From Paraspadella gotoi (taxonomy: Eukaryota > Animalia > Chaetognatha), in the NCBI GenBank assembly GCA_051294375.1, contig CM119271.1, positions 5,569,991 through 5,633,990 of the forward strand: a DNA stretch of 64,000 bases, written 5' to 3'. Below the pieces are notes generated by a model that was given only the letters and a program-made list of their open reading frames with translations, made no database searches and was not told the DNA's origin. Every line of letters begins with the position of its first letter. Positions within the stretch are counted from its first letter, which is position 1. A program made the translations under genes and the position numbers. Of the stretch, positions 28,932 to 41,640 are shown one piece after another.

Positions 28932-30250
28932 CTCGTCATGACTTGGGGGTGTTGAGCGAGGTGGGTGGAGAAAGGGAGGAGTAAGGGGGGGGCGGTTGTC
29001 GGGATGTCGTTAGAATTGGGTAAAAAAAGGGTTAGAATGGTTAAACGTTGTCATTCAGTCTGATCCTTGAAAGTTGATTAAAATAATCAGAGATAAATAA
29101 ATATAAGGACGTCAGTTATATAGATCTCTACGTGAATAAGACTCCCCGAGTTAAGAGCAAGGCTAATGGGTATTCCGTCCGCTAAATAAAAAGGGTCAAG
29201 AGTTCGTTTCGTAGTCAATTTACAATTCTGAGAAGAAATAAATGGGTCGTTGTCAACTCATAGAGCCTCGCTAAAACGGTGACGTGAGACGTTGAGCGGG
29301 CGATCGTTAAAAAAAAGTTGGAAAGACAGGAGAAGAAAAAAACCGGGCCGTTTACAAGACGGAGGTCGTTAGCGTAGTCATGAGCGGGTTGACAGGCCCT
29401 TGTTAGTTACTGTAAGGGAATAGCGAGGGCAAAGAGACCGTCCGATCGACTTACGTAACGAAGATTAGTTTTAAAAAAAGAGTGGGTATAGGAGTGGGAC
29501 TACTGAACAATATAGAAAAGCATTGTAAAATCCAAAAATAAGCCTAATAATAATACGGTACAAAAATAAATTGGACTTAAAATGATTTACTACTATATGC
29601 AAATGAGATTGAAGAATTTACAATCTCATTTAGTCATTTATCTCTTACACGTGTTCCTGATTAAAACACTGTTTTAGCGACCAAGTCACACAATGCCTTA
29701 GCTTTTATTTGTCGCGAGTTTATTTATAAATGTGTTAACTGGGCCGGCGTCGAATAAGAAATTTGATGTGACCACCAATTAAGGTCATTACTTCGATGAC
29801 AGGAAATAAAAGTCCTGATAAATTGTCTCAACCTCCAACCGCCAAAAAAAAAAAAGATTCTACTTGGAAGATAAAAAAATGTCATAAAGGATATCCTTTT
29901 CTCGCAAATAAAACGCGGCATGAAAGCCATTGATTCAAATGACTCTCTCTCTCTCTCTCTCTCTCTGTCCTTCTCTCTCGTCATCTCTTATATATTTTAT
30001 GGGGCTACTCATAGAATAAAATCCTTTTTTCATGGTGTAATGTCCGGCCGTGAAATATTCAAAAAAAATCTATCTTCAGTATTTTTTTTCCTTCACTGCA
30101 GCCGACTTTCCTCCTGAGAATGAAGATCCTGAAAAAATAAGATGGAGCCGGCGATTTTGTCATTGTCTAAAACGACAACAAAAGAAAGGAAGAGTGAGAC
30201 CAGTTCCGCAGTAGATATGACGGATGTCTAAACAACATAAAATCATCTTC

Positions 30251-30291
<41 letters not shown>

Positions 30292-31645
30292 TATATTAGT
30301 CTCTGAACTTTGCAGAGTCTGTCATAACTTCACTCAATGCCCGAGGGAGAGAATCATGGACAACTAGGACGACGACGACGACGACGACGACGACGATTCA
30401 AGAGCACGAAGTTGATGAAGGAGACGACGAATACCAAATTTATCTCTATATTACCATCTAGGGAAAAAGTGTATTACATAATTGTTAAAAAGTAAATTCA
30501 TTTAATAAAAATTAAACTTAACATGGCTAAAACATGCTCAATATTTAGAATAACCTCCATCGGTAACTACTACTGCCTGCATTTGTGCTTATTAGTTTTC
30601 CAGGTCAAGGAGCCACGTCAAATGATTTTGGTTTGTTGTATCGCATTAAAAATTTTGCAATGGTGGAACAATTGAGTCCAAGTTCATTGGTTATAAAGTA
30701 TTTCGTCTTCTCCTTTTTCTGAGAGATATAATGGTACTATTGGTGCCTTCATGACCCAAAGAGAGGTGCGGTGCCCTTGGCATAGCCAAATTAAAAAAAA
30801 TGAAAAAATAATTAGCTTAATTTAATGCCAAATATGGTGGAAAATTAAATGTTGTTTTTTTTCGCCATTTTTTGATTTAAACGATTTGAGCTACAAAAAA
30901 AAAAGGAAGCTACGGAAAGGAAATTTACTGTAGATTCTGAAACATTATGATTCTTTTAAAATAAAATTAAGATTTTGAGAAGATATCTTCCACTAAAAAT
31001 AAGATATACTTTTTGCCTAGATGGTAATTGCTCCATCCACTCATGAGTAATCAGATGGACAGACAGATGGACGGACGGAAGGATGGACGAACAGACGGAC
31101 AGACATCGATTTGTTTATGAAATTGGTACAACCAATATATAATATATATATATATATATATAATATATATATTTATATAATTTTTTGATCTAAGATAATT
31201 TAAGTGATTTACCGATAAGATTTTAGGATAGGACTGATGAAACGACAGAGTAGATTTTCGATCAGGATTCTGCTCTAAGCAGGTCCGGCTGAAAAAAGGG
31301 GCGACGTCTTCCAACGACGATCGAAAACAAAAACAAAAGTCACTCGCAAAAAAAAACGAAAAACGACGTGAACCAAGGGGTCTCGCTGTGTCAGGCTTTT
31401 TTGACGAGTAAACATTGAGACTATCAATTGACGACAGTTTTCGTCGGGCTTGATTTTTTTCTATGAGTCTATCTTTTTTTCGTTATTTCTTTATTTCTTT
31501 ATTTCTTTCTTTCTTTATTTCTTTCTTTCTTTTCTTTTTTTTTCTTGCTTGTGTTTCTCTTCTTTTCTTTCTTTCCCATTTGTACTCTGTTTGATTTGTT
31601 CTGTAAGATACTTTTTTTTGCCTGCACTTTCTCTCTCTTTCCCGC

Positions 31646-31773
<128 letters not shown>

Positions 31774-32431
31774 CCGGTCTTATCTTTTCCCGTCAATTCG
31801 CTGCCTAATGTGTTTTTGATCCTTCAAAATGGTTTAGCATTTTTGTTTCATACTTTTTTTTTATCCTTCCTTTTTTTTAATATTTTTTTAACGTACAAAT
31901 GTTTTCATTCTCGCTCCATTACCTTTGGCGCCCTCTTTTTCGTCGCCACCGCGTCACCCGTTCGCCATTTGTTTATTTTTTAAGGCTGGAATGAAAATTT
32001 ATGAGTATTAATAAATGTGACTTTACGATAATGTTTTGTATCTTATATAAATAACAGATGTGTGGGATCGTTTAAAGTAAAGATAAAGTAAATTTTGTGG
32101 GGCGAAAAAATCTGTCGTGAATGGCTTTTGTTTTTTTTAGATATCTCGAGATATGAGAGAAACGCTTCACCTTGCATATATATATTAAAGCATAGAAAAA
32201 CTGTTAACAAAGAATAATGACGTTCGGAAGACTAGACGCGTTGACAAGAGATAGTCCAACCGACAGTTCACAAATTTAAAAATTCTATGAGTAAAATATT
32301 TTGAACTAATGAGTGGGGATTCTCACCAGTCCGCGTTAGGAGTATCAGACCTAAGAAGTATTAGAGTATCAGACCTAAGGAGTATCAGACCCTAAGTTTC
32401 GCCGCCTGCCACTGGAAACTTTTACTTGTAC

Positions 32432-32820
32432 TGTCACGCAGCGGGAAGTAGTTAGGACTGTGGATAAGGCGCTACGTGGGCTGAAGATGATTGTCCGTAA
32501 CTTCTATAACCCCCTCTAGCAGCTATGGAACGGGTCCCTGGGCTTGGAACCAGGCTTGAGGGTTTGCCATGCCCCCAAGGCGGCTTACGGCCGTCCCCAC
32601 GCTTCCCGCAGGGTAGGTACCGGGTTGGGATTGAACCGGGTACCTAGTGGTCATGAGCTGATGGCTTTACTCAATGAGCCACCGGGTCACAACTGAAAGT
32701 GTCATGATTCTAGGCGGGGTGAACCTAGGCAATGCCCGACTACAGGACTGTCGATGGAACGAATCAACGGGTTGGTGCGTTCCCCCGCTCACGCTCAGCC
32801 ACTGGGATTGGCTGAAACTA
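32432..32820 (-). mobile_element. tRNA(Met-like)-containing repeat (SINE or Helenus-like LTR)
   Basis: Minus strand GACCCGGTGGCTCATTGAG (A box)...CTCATGA loop...GGTTCAATCCC (B box). Second copy at 56187-56340; an internally deleted relative at ~25682-25777 shares TGT(C/T)ACGCA and TGGTGCGTTCCCCC...ATTGGCTGAA. Confidence 0.65.
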
Positions 32821-33460
32821 CTCGGAGGGAGTTGTTAACTAATGTTAAAAATTATCTATTTATAATTCAAGATAATAGACTACAAACCTTCGATCAAGAC
32901 ACGCTCACATCCGGGTTTTTCTAATTCCAACAACTTTTTATCAATAAAAAATAAGTTTTATCACATGTTTGAGTCTTGTAAAATTAACAACACTGGAGGC
33001 TAAGTGCGCTAAAGATTAATATCCGTATCTTCGCCAATGCTTGCCAGCAGGTATTGGACTTGGAACAAAGCTTGGGGAGTCGCTACTACCCCAAGGCTAT
33101 TTTTGCTCTTTTTCTTTCTGTTTTTCATTAGAAACCAATTTACTTTTTACTCTTAAATATTTTTCTCCGACCTCAGTTTTCTACGCGGCGCGTCATACGC
33201 CCGAGGGCGTCAGACGACGGGAGCGCCTGTTTGTGACACGAGCGCTAGAGCGCGACGACGTAGAGAGTCAATCTCGTTTACGCGTCTCTGCTTTACGGTC
33301 TCCGCCCTTCGTCAACCTTTTTTTTTCGTAGTGACATTAGTTTGAGGTTGAAGTCGAAACGTTACGGTTTACAAAATTCATGTGACGAGCGTTAGTCTCT
33401 TGTTTTCAGTTTTGCGAAACTTCGCATCAAAATTGCAAATGGCTCACATGAAAATTTTAA

Positions 33461-33518
<58 letters not shown>

Positions 33519-33747
33519 ATTAAAATGTTTTATGGTGCATTTAAATTCATTCAGCACGTGTTAAAATGGTAAATATTTAACTTTCTTTTTGAAAATAAAT
33601 AAAAAAGGGACCAAAAATAGAAAATAGGTAAAAATTAAAGTAAAACCGGTGACAAACGACGAGGAACGAAGCTGAGGTTTTCGTCGCAAAAGTGGAACAG
33701 AATCAAATTCGTTTTGCAATTTAAAAAAAAACAAGAAGGTAATTAAA

Positions 33748-34074
33748 ATGTGTTGCGCCGAAGTAACTTATTTTCACGTGTATTTCCATTCGATCACATG
33801 ATATGACATGACATGACTAAAAAACTTTCTTTGCCTGTGTATTTATAACAGGTACTTTATCAAAATTCCGTCTTTTATTCCTTATAGTTTTATGAATTCC
33901 CAAAGGCGGCGCTAGCAGTCCCTTAGTTTTGAGGGGTTTTTTTGTCTTAACAAATGAGCAAATTATATGAATTTTTAGCATAAGTGGGACAGACCGATGG
34001 ACCGACCGACCGACAGACCGACCGAAAAGCGACTTATAGAGTCGCTCCGCCAGTACTCGCGGCGCAACTAAAAA
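33748..34074. mobile_element. Helentron-associated HINE, near-complete copy
   Basis: Subterminal inverted repeat GTTGCGCCG / CGGCGCAAC, (GACC)n array, CTAAAAA end; inverted copy at 44574-44922; fragments at 20226-20345 and 42246-42311. Confidence 0.7.
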
Positions 34075-34319
34075 GGTGACGTTCGAGTCAGAGACTCAGG
34101 CGAAATTGAAAATTAGAAAAATAGAGAAGGAAGCGATAGACGGACGGAGAAGGAAAAATAAAAGGATTGACGAAAAGTTAAAAGGAAAGAAGAAAGGAAT
34201 TAGAAGAAAAAAATTCGATGAGGAGAGGAAACACTTGAGAGTTATAAGTGGTCTTAAGGAGAGAGGCAAGAGGATACCGGATGGAAGGGAGAGGGAGAGA
34301 GAGAGAGAGAGATATACAT

Positions 34320-34740
34320 TAAGGCGGAACAGGTAACTGAAGTCCGGTATAAATATTGTTAATGTGTTTATTAAAGATCGTGAAAATAAAATAAAAAATT
34401 AAGATTTATCTTATAGTTAAACGCATGGATGCTATTTTATATTATCCAAATACTATAAAATATTATTTTTTTTTGTAATAAATTTTAATTTTTTTTAACG
34501 GATTCTGATAGAGCTTGAAAAGTTTGGAGATTTTAATGATTTATCTATAAAAATTAATAAAAACTATAAAAAACTTAAGCATTTTTATATATTGTTAAAT
34601 ATTAAAATGCTTCCATGCATGAGGAAAATTAGTTTAATCAAAATCTAACATCATAAGTCAATTTGGTTGTAAAATGACAAAAGGCTTTTATCGCAGACTT
34701 TTTCATATTGTAAAAAAATGTTAAATCCTGGCCCGCCTTA
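34320..34740. mobile_element. hAT-type MITE, family TAAGGCGG
   Basis: TAAGGCGGAACAGG / CCTGGCCCGCCTTA; exact 8-bp TSD ATATACAT at 34312-34319 and 34741-34748. Confidence 0.92.
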
Positions 34741-34793
34741 ATATACATAGATAACGCGAGAGGAGATAGGAAATGCAGGGAGAGGGTACGGTG

Positions 34794-34925
<132 letters not shown>

Positions 34926-35496
34926 GGTGGAAAGATGGAAATATTAAGACGGCCTTCGCAAATTATCTACCATTGCTAGTTTCTGTCAACTGATATTAAT
35001 GATTTTTAGAACGAAAATGGAAAAATATTTTTTTCAAAAATGGTACCCTTTTTTGAAGTTTCTCTAGATAAAAAAATGGTGGAAAAAAAAAATATCATCA
35101 TAAAATTACAGGAGTAAAAAAACTTTAAAGAAACAGAATAGGATCAAGGAATCAAGCAAATGTAATCGGCCAACCGTGAGAGATCGAATCGCCTCAGCCG
35201 ATGAAATCTAACATTTCTCTCCTTGCTTTTGATCCGTTTTGTAAATTTAAAAACAATAGTTAAATTGCAAGGCTCCTGCGTGAGTAAAACCGTCGTTCGA
35301 TCTTGATCGGTTCTCAATCGCACCCATGAAGGGCTTGTGTTCAATCTTTCGGTAGCGGTAGGAATCAAACACACGCCTCGGAACACAGTCGCGAAATCCT
35401 AGTGAAATCCCGAGGAAACCCCAGTGAAATCCTCGTGTTTTTCTTTCAGAATAAATTGATAATTAATAACTATAAATACATTGCAGAGAAAACACA

Positions 35497-38400
35497 ATGA
35501 CGGAACTAAGCGCCAAACAAGACTCCCCGGGATTCTGGGCCTCGCGGTTTCAAACGAGCCAATTCTCCTTTAGCCATCACGGCTTCTCTCTCATGAACGC
35601 AGCGCACAGTTCCGTCACCTGGATCTTTTGGTTTTCCTTCACCGTTCTCACCACGGTGCCGATGGTGTGGTACATACAAGTAAGTTAATTGATTTTGTCC
35701 GTCAATCGCCTATATTATATCTTTTCTGCTTATCAATGGTAATCTACGGTCGGGTCAATCCCAAAAACGAGAAATTTTATTATAAAATTTGAATCTTATT
35801 ATCGTAACCTAATCAAAAATATTCGAAATGCATGCTTGAAATACTACTAGAATTAAATGAATATTTTTGTTTTGTTTACCGACAGAAGAAAAACCTGTTT
35901 CTGTTTCTTCTCTGAAAATAAAACAAATTCGTTGTCTGTCAACAAAATAAAAATTTTCATTTGATTTTAATTTCAATCTCTTAAGAACATGGAAATACTC
36001 CATACAAAAACTCCCCTTGTAAAAGAGATCCCTGACGGCGTTCGTCGAATTCAACGTCAACACGCGGTTTGAGAATCGAGAGCTGCTCCATCCGCCGTTG
36101 CCAGTCGTCACCCTCTGTCCCAAATCGCCCTTCAAGAAGCAAGAGTTCGTCCGGTTCCTTCAAGACTTCAACGAGACAGACGAGAAGTGGCGGAGATTTC
36201 CGAGCGAGGCTTTGGATTTTGTCAAGGGCGCTGCCGATATGGTACTGCATGGAAAAGGAAGGTCGGTTGAGTAATGAGTATGTTCCGTTTTCTTCGGTAA
36301 GATTTAGGGCTTATTTTGTTTAATATTGATGTAGAGTAGAGCGTTCAAAGATAACAAAATATAAGATATTTAATTTCAATCATTATTGTTTTAATGTAAT
36401 AAGGTCTGAAGAATTCGATGATAATAACCATTTTTTGGTAAAGTTTCATCTTCCTTGTCGCCAGTGGCGATTTTTGAAGCATATAAGGTGCTATTAAAAT
36501 GGCGTATCCATTGTAGAGTATGAGAAACTAAAATTATTAAAATTTTATAAAGGTCATATTTAGCTTATATAATATGAAAATAAAGACCCATAAAAATATT
36601 TTGGTAAGTTTATTTACAAATTTTATATTTTATTAACAGCTTGTTAACTATATTTATATATTTATATTTATAACTATAGTTAAAAATAGGCTAAAGTGAA
36701 AAAATAAATATTTTGAAATTTTAAAACCGGATTTGAATTCCTTGCAAAAAGTTGATAAAAGGAAGTAAAATCCATTTTAACAAATTCTTTTATTAAGTTG
36801 GTTAAAAATGTTAAAAACTATGATTTTTGTTTAATTTTATTATTTTTGGCTTAAAATTATAGTTTTTTAAAATTTTGACTAACTTAATGACATAATTTTT
36901 TAATAAAAATTCTATTTTCTTATATCAACTTTTTGCAAGGAATGCGAATCCGGGATAAAAATTTTAAAATTTTAATTTTTTAACTTTAGCCTAATTTTTA
37001 TTCATAATTATTAATAAATATAGCTAACTAACTATTAATAAAACATAAAATTGAGAAATAAACTTACCAAAATATTTTTATAGTTCTTTATTTTTATATT
37101 TCAAAAGCTCATGTAATTTAAAAAAAAATTAATAATTTGATTTATCATAACTTATAATGTTTTCCCTATTTTATTAGCATTTTATATACATTAAAAATCG
37201 TCATTTCCGACAAGAAAGATGAAATTATACAAAAAAATGGTCATCACCATCGAATTCTTCAGACCTTATTACAGTAAAACAATTATGAATGGAATTTAAT
37301 ATTTTATATTTTGTTATATTTGAACGCTCTAATGTAGAGATAGAAAATGTTGTTTACATAAGAACCACGCAGGAACACGCCTGTTAAATTCTATGCAGCA
37401 TCGCAGAGGTAAAATCCGTCGGAACCAGAATGGAACTCTCCTATTGGTCAAGAGACAAATGGCACCGGCCAATGAGCTGATTGGCTTCCATCCGCCAGTG
37501 ATTTTTACCCTTACCCCCGATCCGTTCACACTGTATAAATATGCACCAAAATTGTATTGATTCACTCTGCCTGGAAATTGACAGTCTTCTGAGAATAAAA
37601 TTCCACTCTGGTATCGCCGAAAAATCCCTGTCTACTTATTTAAATGTGGTGGCAGCCGTGAGATTTGAACCCACGCCTTCGAAGATTGGGAATTTAAACT
37701 TAGTTCATAATTACCGGAGGTTTTGGTATTCCTTTCTTCTTTAAAGCCACCAATGAGGCGAGAACCCCAGACCTCTTGGTTAGAAGAGAGCGTGCTCTTT
37801 TTTGTTCCAAAAGGCGAAAGGAGAGAGTGACTAGTGTCAAGTTGTCACCTTTTGTCCCTAGAAGTGTTTATAGCCCTCAAATCATGGCTTTGAGTTAACC
37901 GTTTACTTTTTCAGTTGCCTTACTTTCTGAAGTCTGGTAAGTTCTCAATCCTTTTTCGTCTTTTATGTTAAAGAAAATACCTTAACCCAAGTAAATATCA
38001 AAACAAAAACAGAAAACAAATAAAAACACAAAGATAAGTTACACAGTTTAACATAATACCAAACATTAGTTAAAACTAGCCTCTTCACGATATCTTTTAT
38101 AGGCTATAGCACGAGAGCAATGACTCCTAGTTTCCAATCTAAAATTACTTTTCTATTTTAAACCAGGAACTTTGAACTAAACCCCATGATGTTCATGCCA
38201 CACTTGTTTCACTATTATCCTGAGCTTCACCGGAATATCTCATGGACCTGCGAAGATCTGACTCATAGACTTATCTACAATGACGTTACGATTGCTGAGA
38301 ATAACGTATGTAAGGAATGGAAAACTCTTCCTCACGCATATTTCGGGACATGTTTTCAGTTTAATTCTAATCAGGTAAAAAAATCAAAGGAAAACCTAAA

Positions 38401-40628
38401 ACAACACAACACAAAGCCTATACTATCTATTAGTTCTTTTTTTTAACTAAACAGAAGTATGTCAAAAAAAATAAAACAACATTACAAATTCGGAGTTATA
38501 AAATTTTAACCCAGGAAAACTTATTTAAACAAATAGAGTTTTTTAAAGAATTTAAGCGGCATTTTGGAAGCTTTTCAAAGCTGATACTTTCTTACTTAGC
38601 AATACTTAGTAAATGCATAGCTCAGCCATTCTATATTCTTAAGTATACATTCTGTTCTCTATTCAATATTAATCTAAACTTCATTTAACAAGCCAAAAAT
38701 GCATGTAAAAATGTAATATTTGAAATCATTAAAAAATAATATAAAAATTATGTTCATGTTTCCCAGAAAGCAATTGCTTACGGCCCGGGAACTTTATTTG
38801 GAATCAAAATTTTCCTTTCAATGTCCGAAAAAGATTTCATAGACGTTTTCGATTACTGGTCTACCTGGAGTGGCTTCAGAATTTTGTTGTCAAGGTAACT
38901 CTAAGGTTAAGGTGTGGTACTCGTACAAAATTTTAATTTTTTTTTGTTGTTGTTGTCAAGCAATGAGACAAACATCCAGTTGATCGAAGAAGGTCGCGAC
39001 ATTGGCCTCGGACAAATGGTCCAGTTCGCTCTCAAAAAAGAAAGAATTCTGAAAACGACTTTGTATCCTTGGACTAAATGCAGGACCGATTATCCAGATC
39101 ACCTTAAGAGTTGGCAGAGAACGTTCGGAATCAAGGTCTATACCAAGAGAACTTGCTACAAACTTTGCTTCATTCGTTATTTGGTAGAGAAAGCTTCATG
39201 CTTTCCGTTCATTGATGTTGTCTGGACACCGATGGGGCAGATCTACTCGGATATTCCATCGTGCGACCACGACGATTTAAAAATCGACTACAACACTGTT
39301 TAGTGAGTTTCGTGTGAGGTTTTTTTTTTTTTTCAGACTGCTTTCCAAAATATATTTGAACTTTAATACATACATTATACTTACTCCAATTAACTGAACT
39401 GAACTTTTTCGTTTAATTTTTTGTTTTGAAATCCCAATTTAAAAAGCAAAATCTTGGACAAAGACTGCGGAGATTTTTGCAAATCCGAGTGTCATTGGGA
39501 AGTTTGGAAACAAGAAGTGATCACGGAAAATATCCCTCCCAAACTCGAGAACAGAAAAGTATGACCTCATGAAATTAATTTTGGAGCAAGCCGTTTTACA
39601 TTCTCGGTCGTCAACATATTTTACCGGTTGTTGCAACATATTCGCCCTGTTGGAGTCCATAATAAGTCCTTGCAGAGACAGTAATTAAGTTATGTGTTAG
39701 TGACAGAACCGTTTAATATGCCACAAATATAAGCAGTCCCTGAGATTCGGATCAGGTTGTAAAACCGTGTTAGAGGCGGGCTAAAGCGCCCCGTCGCTCT
39801 TAACTGCGAGGCGACCACCGGGATAGAACCCCGGACCTTTGGGTTGGGAGGCAAATGACTTGCCTCCTGCAGCAATGACCGTTAATGAACAGTTGATAGA
39901 TTTTAGTCCACCATACCCTTTACAATGGACAATGAACAAAAAAAAATAATATATTATGGCAACGGGAGGATAGCCTGTGATACCCGGGGCGCGGGGTATC
40001 TCACCAACTGGCGTAGGGGCTGCGGACCCTCAGTGACCGCCTCCTGTCACTGGCATGTTTATACCGGCACCGTCACATTTAAGCCAGAACCGGGATACCC
40101 GGGGATTGAACCCGGGACGCACGGATGGAATGAGATGATTTAGCCTGCTCAGCCATTGAGACGAGGCTGAGGACGGACAGCAGTGAGGCAGCTTTAAGTC
40201 TTGCTGCCACAATATCATTGTTAGGGAAGCATAGCAAGCTGGAAGTTAATAAATCTGACTGTGAGATAGTGTTGATTGACCGCTATGTCAAGAGCCGTCT
40301 TGTCAGAGAGATGTAGGTCTTACCCCACTATTGACTGTCAATTTACAAGGATCTGTTTTGAAGTTGGTAAAATAATAATTATCCATTCACGTAATTAAGA
40401 TTAGTTTTTATCTTCTTAGATATGCTCGAAACTCTGATAACGGAGAGTCCTGCCAAGCTGCCTGAGGATGTCATTGGCGAGGTTGGCGGCCAGCTTGGGC
40501 TCTGGTGCGGGATGTCGATCATGACCATCTTCGAACTCATCTTCATCTGCTTCTTCTGCGGATTCCATCGGACTCGAGCCAAAGTGACATCAGTTTCCGA
40601 TGAGAATGAAGTTTCTCATGAGCAATGA
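35497..40628 (+). CDS. DEG/ENaC family sodium channel subunit (frame lesion in the penultimate exon; possible pseudogene or assembly error)
   Basis: Exons 35497-35679, 36026-36261, 38167-38374, 38767-38894, 38961-39302, 39447-39626, 40420-40628. Motifs SHHG+TM1, LPVVTLC, FGTCFQFN, YTKRTCYKLC, CKSEC, GEVGGQLGLWCGMSIMTIFE (TM2, GxS filter). Confidence 0.88.
36337..37331. mobile_element. hAT-type foldback MITE (TAGAGCG...CGCTCTA), ~1 kb almost entirely palindromic
   Basis: Long inverted arms; exact 8-bp TSD ATGTAGAG at 36329-36336 and 37332-37339. Confidence 0.92.
37348..37690 (+). mobile_element. LTR with extended tRNA-Leu primer-binding site
   Basis: Starts TGTTGTT; CCAAT boxes, TATAAATA, AATAAA; then TGGTGGCAGCCGTGAGATTTGAACCCACGCCTTCGAAGA from 37647, the complement of a tRNA-Leu 3' half including CCA. 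Confidence 0.75.
39695..39915 (-). mobile_element. Second family of tRNA-carrying LTR-like element (TATGGTGG...TAACA)
   Basis: B-box-like GGTTCTATCCC and CTCCCAA loop on the minus strand; homologous deleted copy at 53913-~54086 (+). No TSD found. Confidence 0.6.
39955..40211 (-). mobile_element. 257-bp tRNA-carrying solo LTR (Helenus-like TRIM), copy A
   Basis: TGTGGCA...TGCCATA ends, 4-bp TSD ATAT (39951-39954, 40212-40215), internal A and B boxes; near-identical to 46441-46697. Confidence 0.85.
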
Positions 40629-41514
40629 ATTCTGAGATGAATAATCAAATATTGTAAAGTTATTTTAAAAATTGTAATACTTAAGATTGGTATAACATGG
40701 GTATGACAGATTTGAGACATAATGATTACATTATTAAATATTAAATAAATATACAGGTTTTATTTTACTTTCCCAGTCTCATTTTAGACACAGACGAATA
40801 GAAAAAAAAGACTTGGCTCAAGACGCAAGAACCCCTATATAAAAAATGAAAACATTTAAAAGAAAATAAAAAAAAACTCGATAATGATTTGGTTTTCCTT
40901 TTCATCTCGCGTCTACCATTTATTTGCAGGAAAGGTGGAAAGGTAGGTTAGGTGGAATAAGGGGGAAGGTTAAGGAGATAAGAGAGGTTAGGTGGGAGAA
41001 AGAAAGGAAAGGAGAAATTAGAAAAAGGAGAGAAAAGTCACGATAGTCAGAAGAGGAGACAGCTGAACAAAATTGAAAAAATGACAGAGAGAAGAGAGAT
41101 AGGTTCCATGTGGTCTCCTTCCCCAGTTTTACTCTCTCTATCTCCCCCCAGTGATAGACCTGTTGACGAAGAACTTCAGGACGATCATCCGACTCATCCC
41201 CGTGTCCAGTGTCCACCAATCTCCAATGCCTCTTCCTCTTCCAGTCCTGCTTCTCTTCACCCGCTCTCAGTCTACCCCCCCCCCCACTCTCTCCTCGCCC
41301 GGAGTCGAGGGGCGTCCGACGGTCTCATGCATCATTCCTCACTCGCAGAAACTCGGCGGAGAATTATGGGCGCGCGGGCGGGGGACGAGGGCGAAGGGAG
41401 GCTGAGAGGGAAAGAGGAAGAGTTATGTTAGGGGAAGTTAAGAAAAATTAGACTTAAGTAACATTAAGGGAGTGGTCTTTTCATACAATTGAAACATTCT
41501 TTGAAATATTATAC

Positions 41515-41640
41515 ATTGAAAGGAAAGCCAGGTACTCTGGGAGTGAATAAACGAGACTGTGAGAGAGTCTTGATTGAAAGCTTGTAGGGATCTGCTATGT
41601 CATTATCTTGTAAGAGTGATGGAGGCCTTAAACAACCAAA
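41515..41640 (-). mobile_element. Decayed dispersed repeat, possibly a LINE (CR1/L2-type) RT fragment
   Basis: Similar to 40216-40330 and (inverted) ~27970-28055; only faint W-L-x-F motif resemblance. Confidence 0.3.

Noticed and set aside
37915-37936. 22-nt microexon-like segment with strong splice signals in the ENaC gene
   Set aside because: The flanking exons join in phase without it, and inclusion in that phase introduces a stop; it cannot be supported without RNA data.
39562-39564. TGA as selenocysteine or a reassigned codon in the ENaC gene
   Set aside because: Not a conserved Cys position, no SECIS seen, TGA is an ordinary stop in the scramblase and ENaC genes, and read-through alone would not fix the downstream phase.
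40765-41270. Candidate amidated neuropeptide precursor (RVKR...TLDTGMSRM...LGK-stop on the minus strand)
   Set aside because: An in-frame TGA lies just upstream of ERVKR, there is no credible acceptor or signal peptide, and other frames are equally open.
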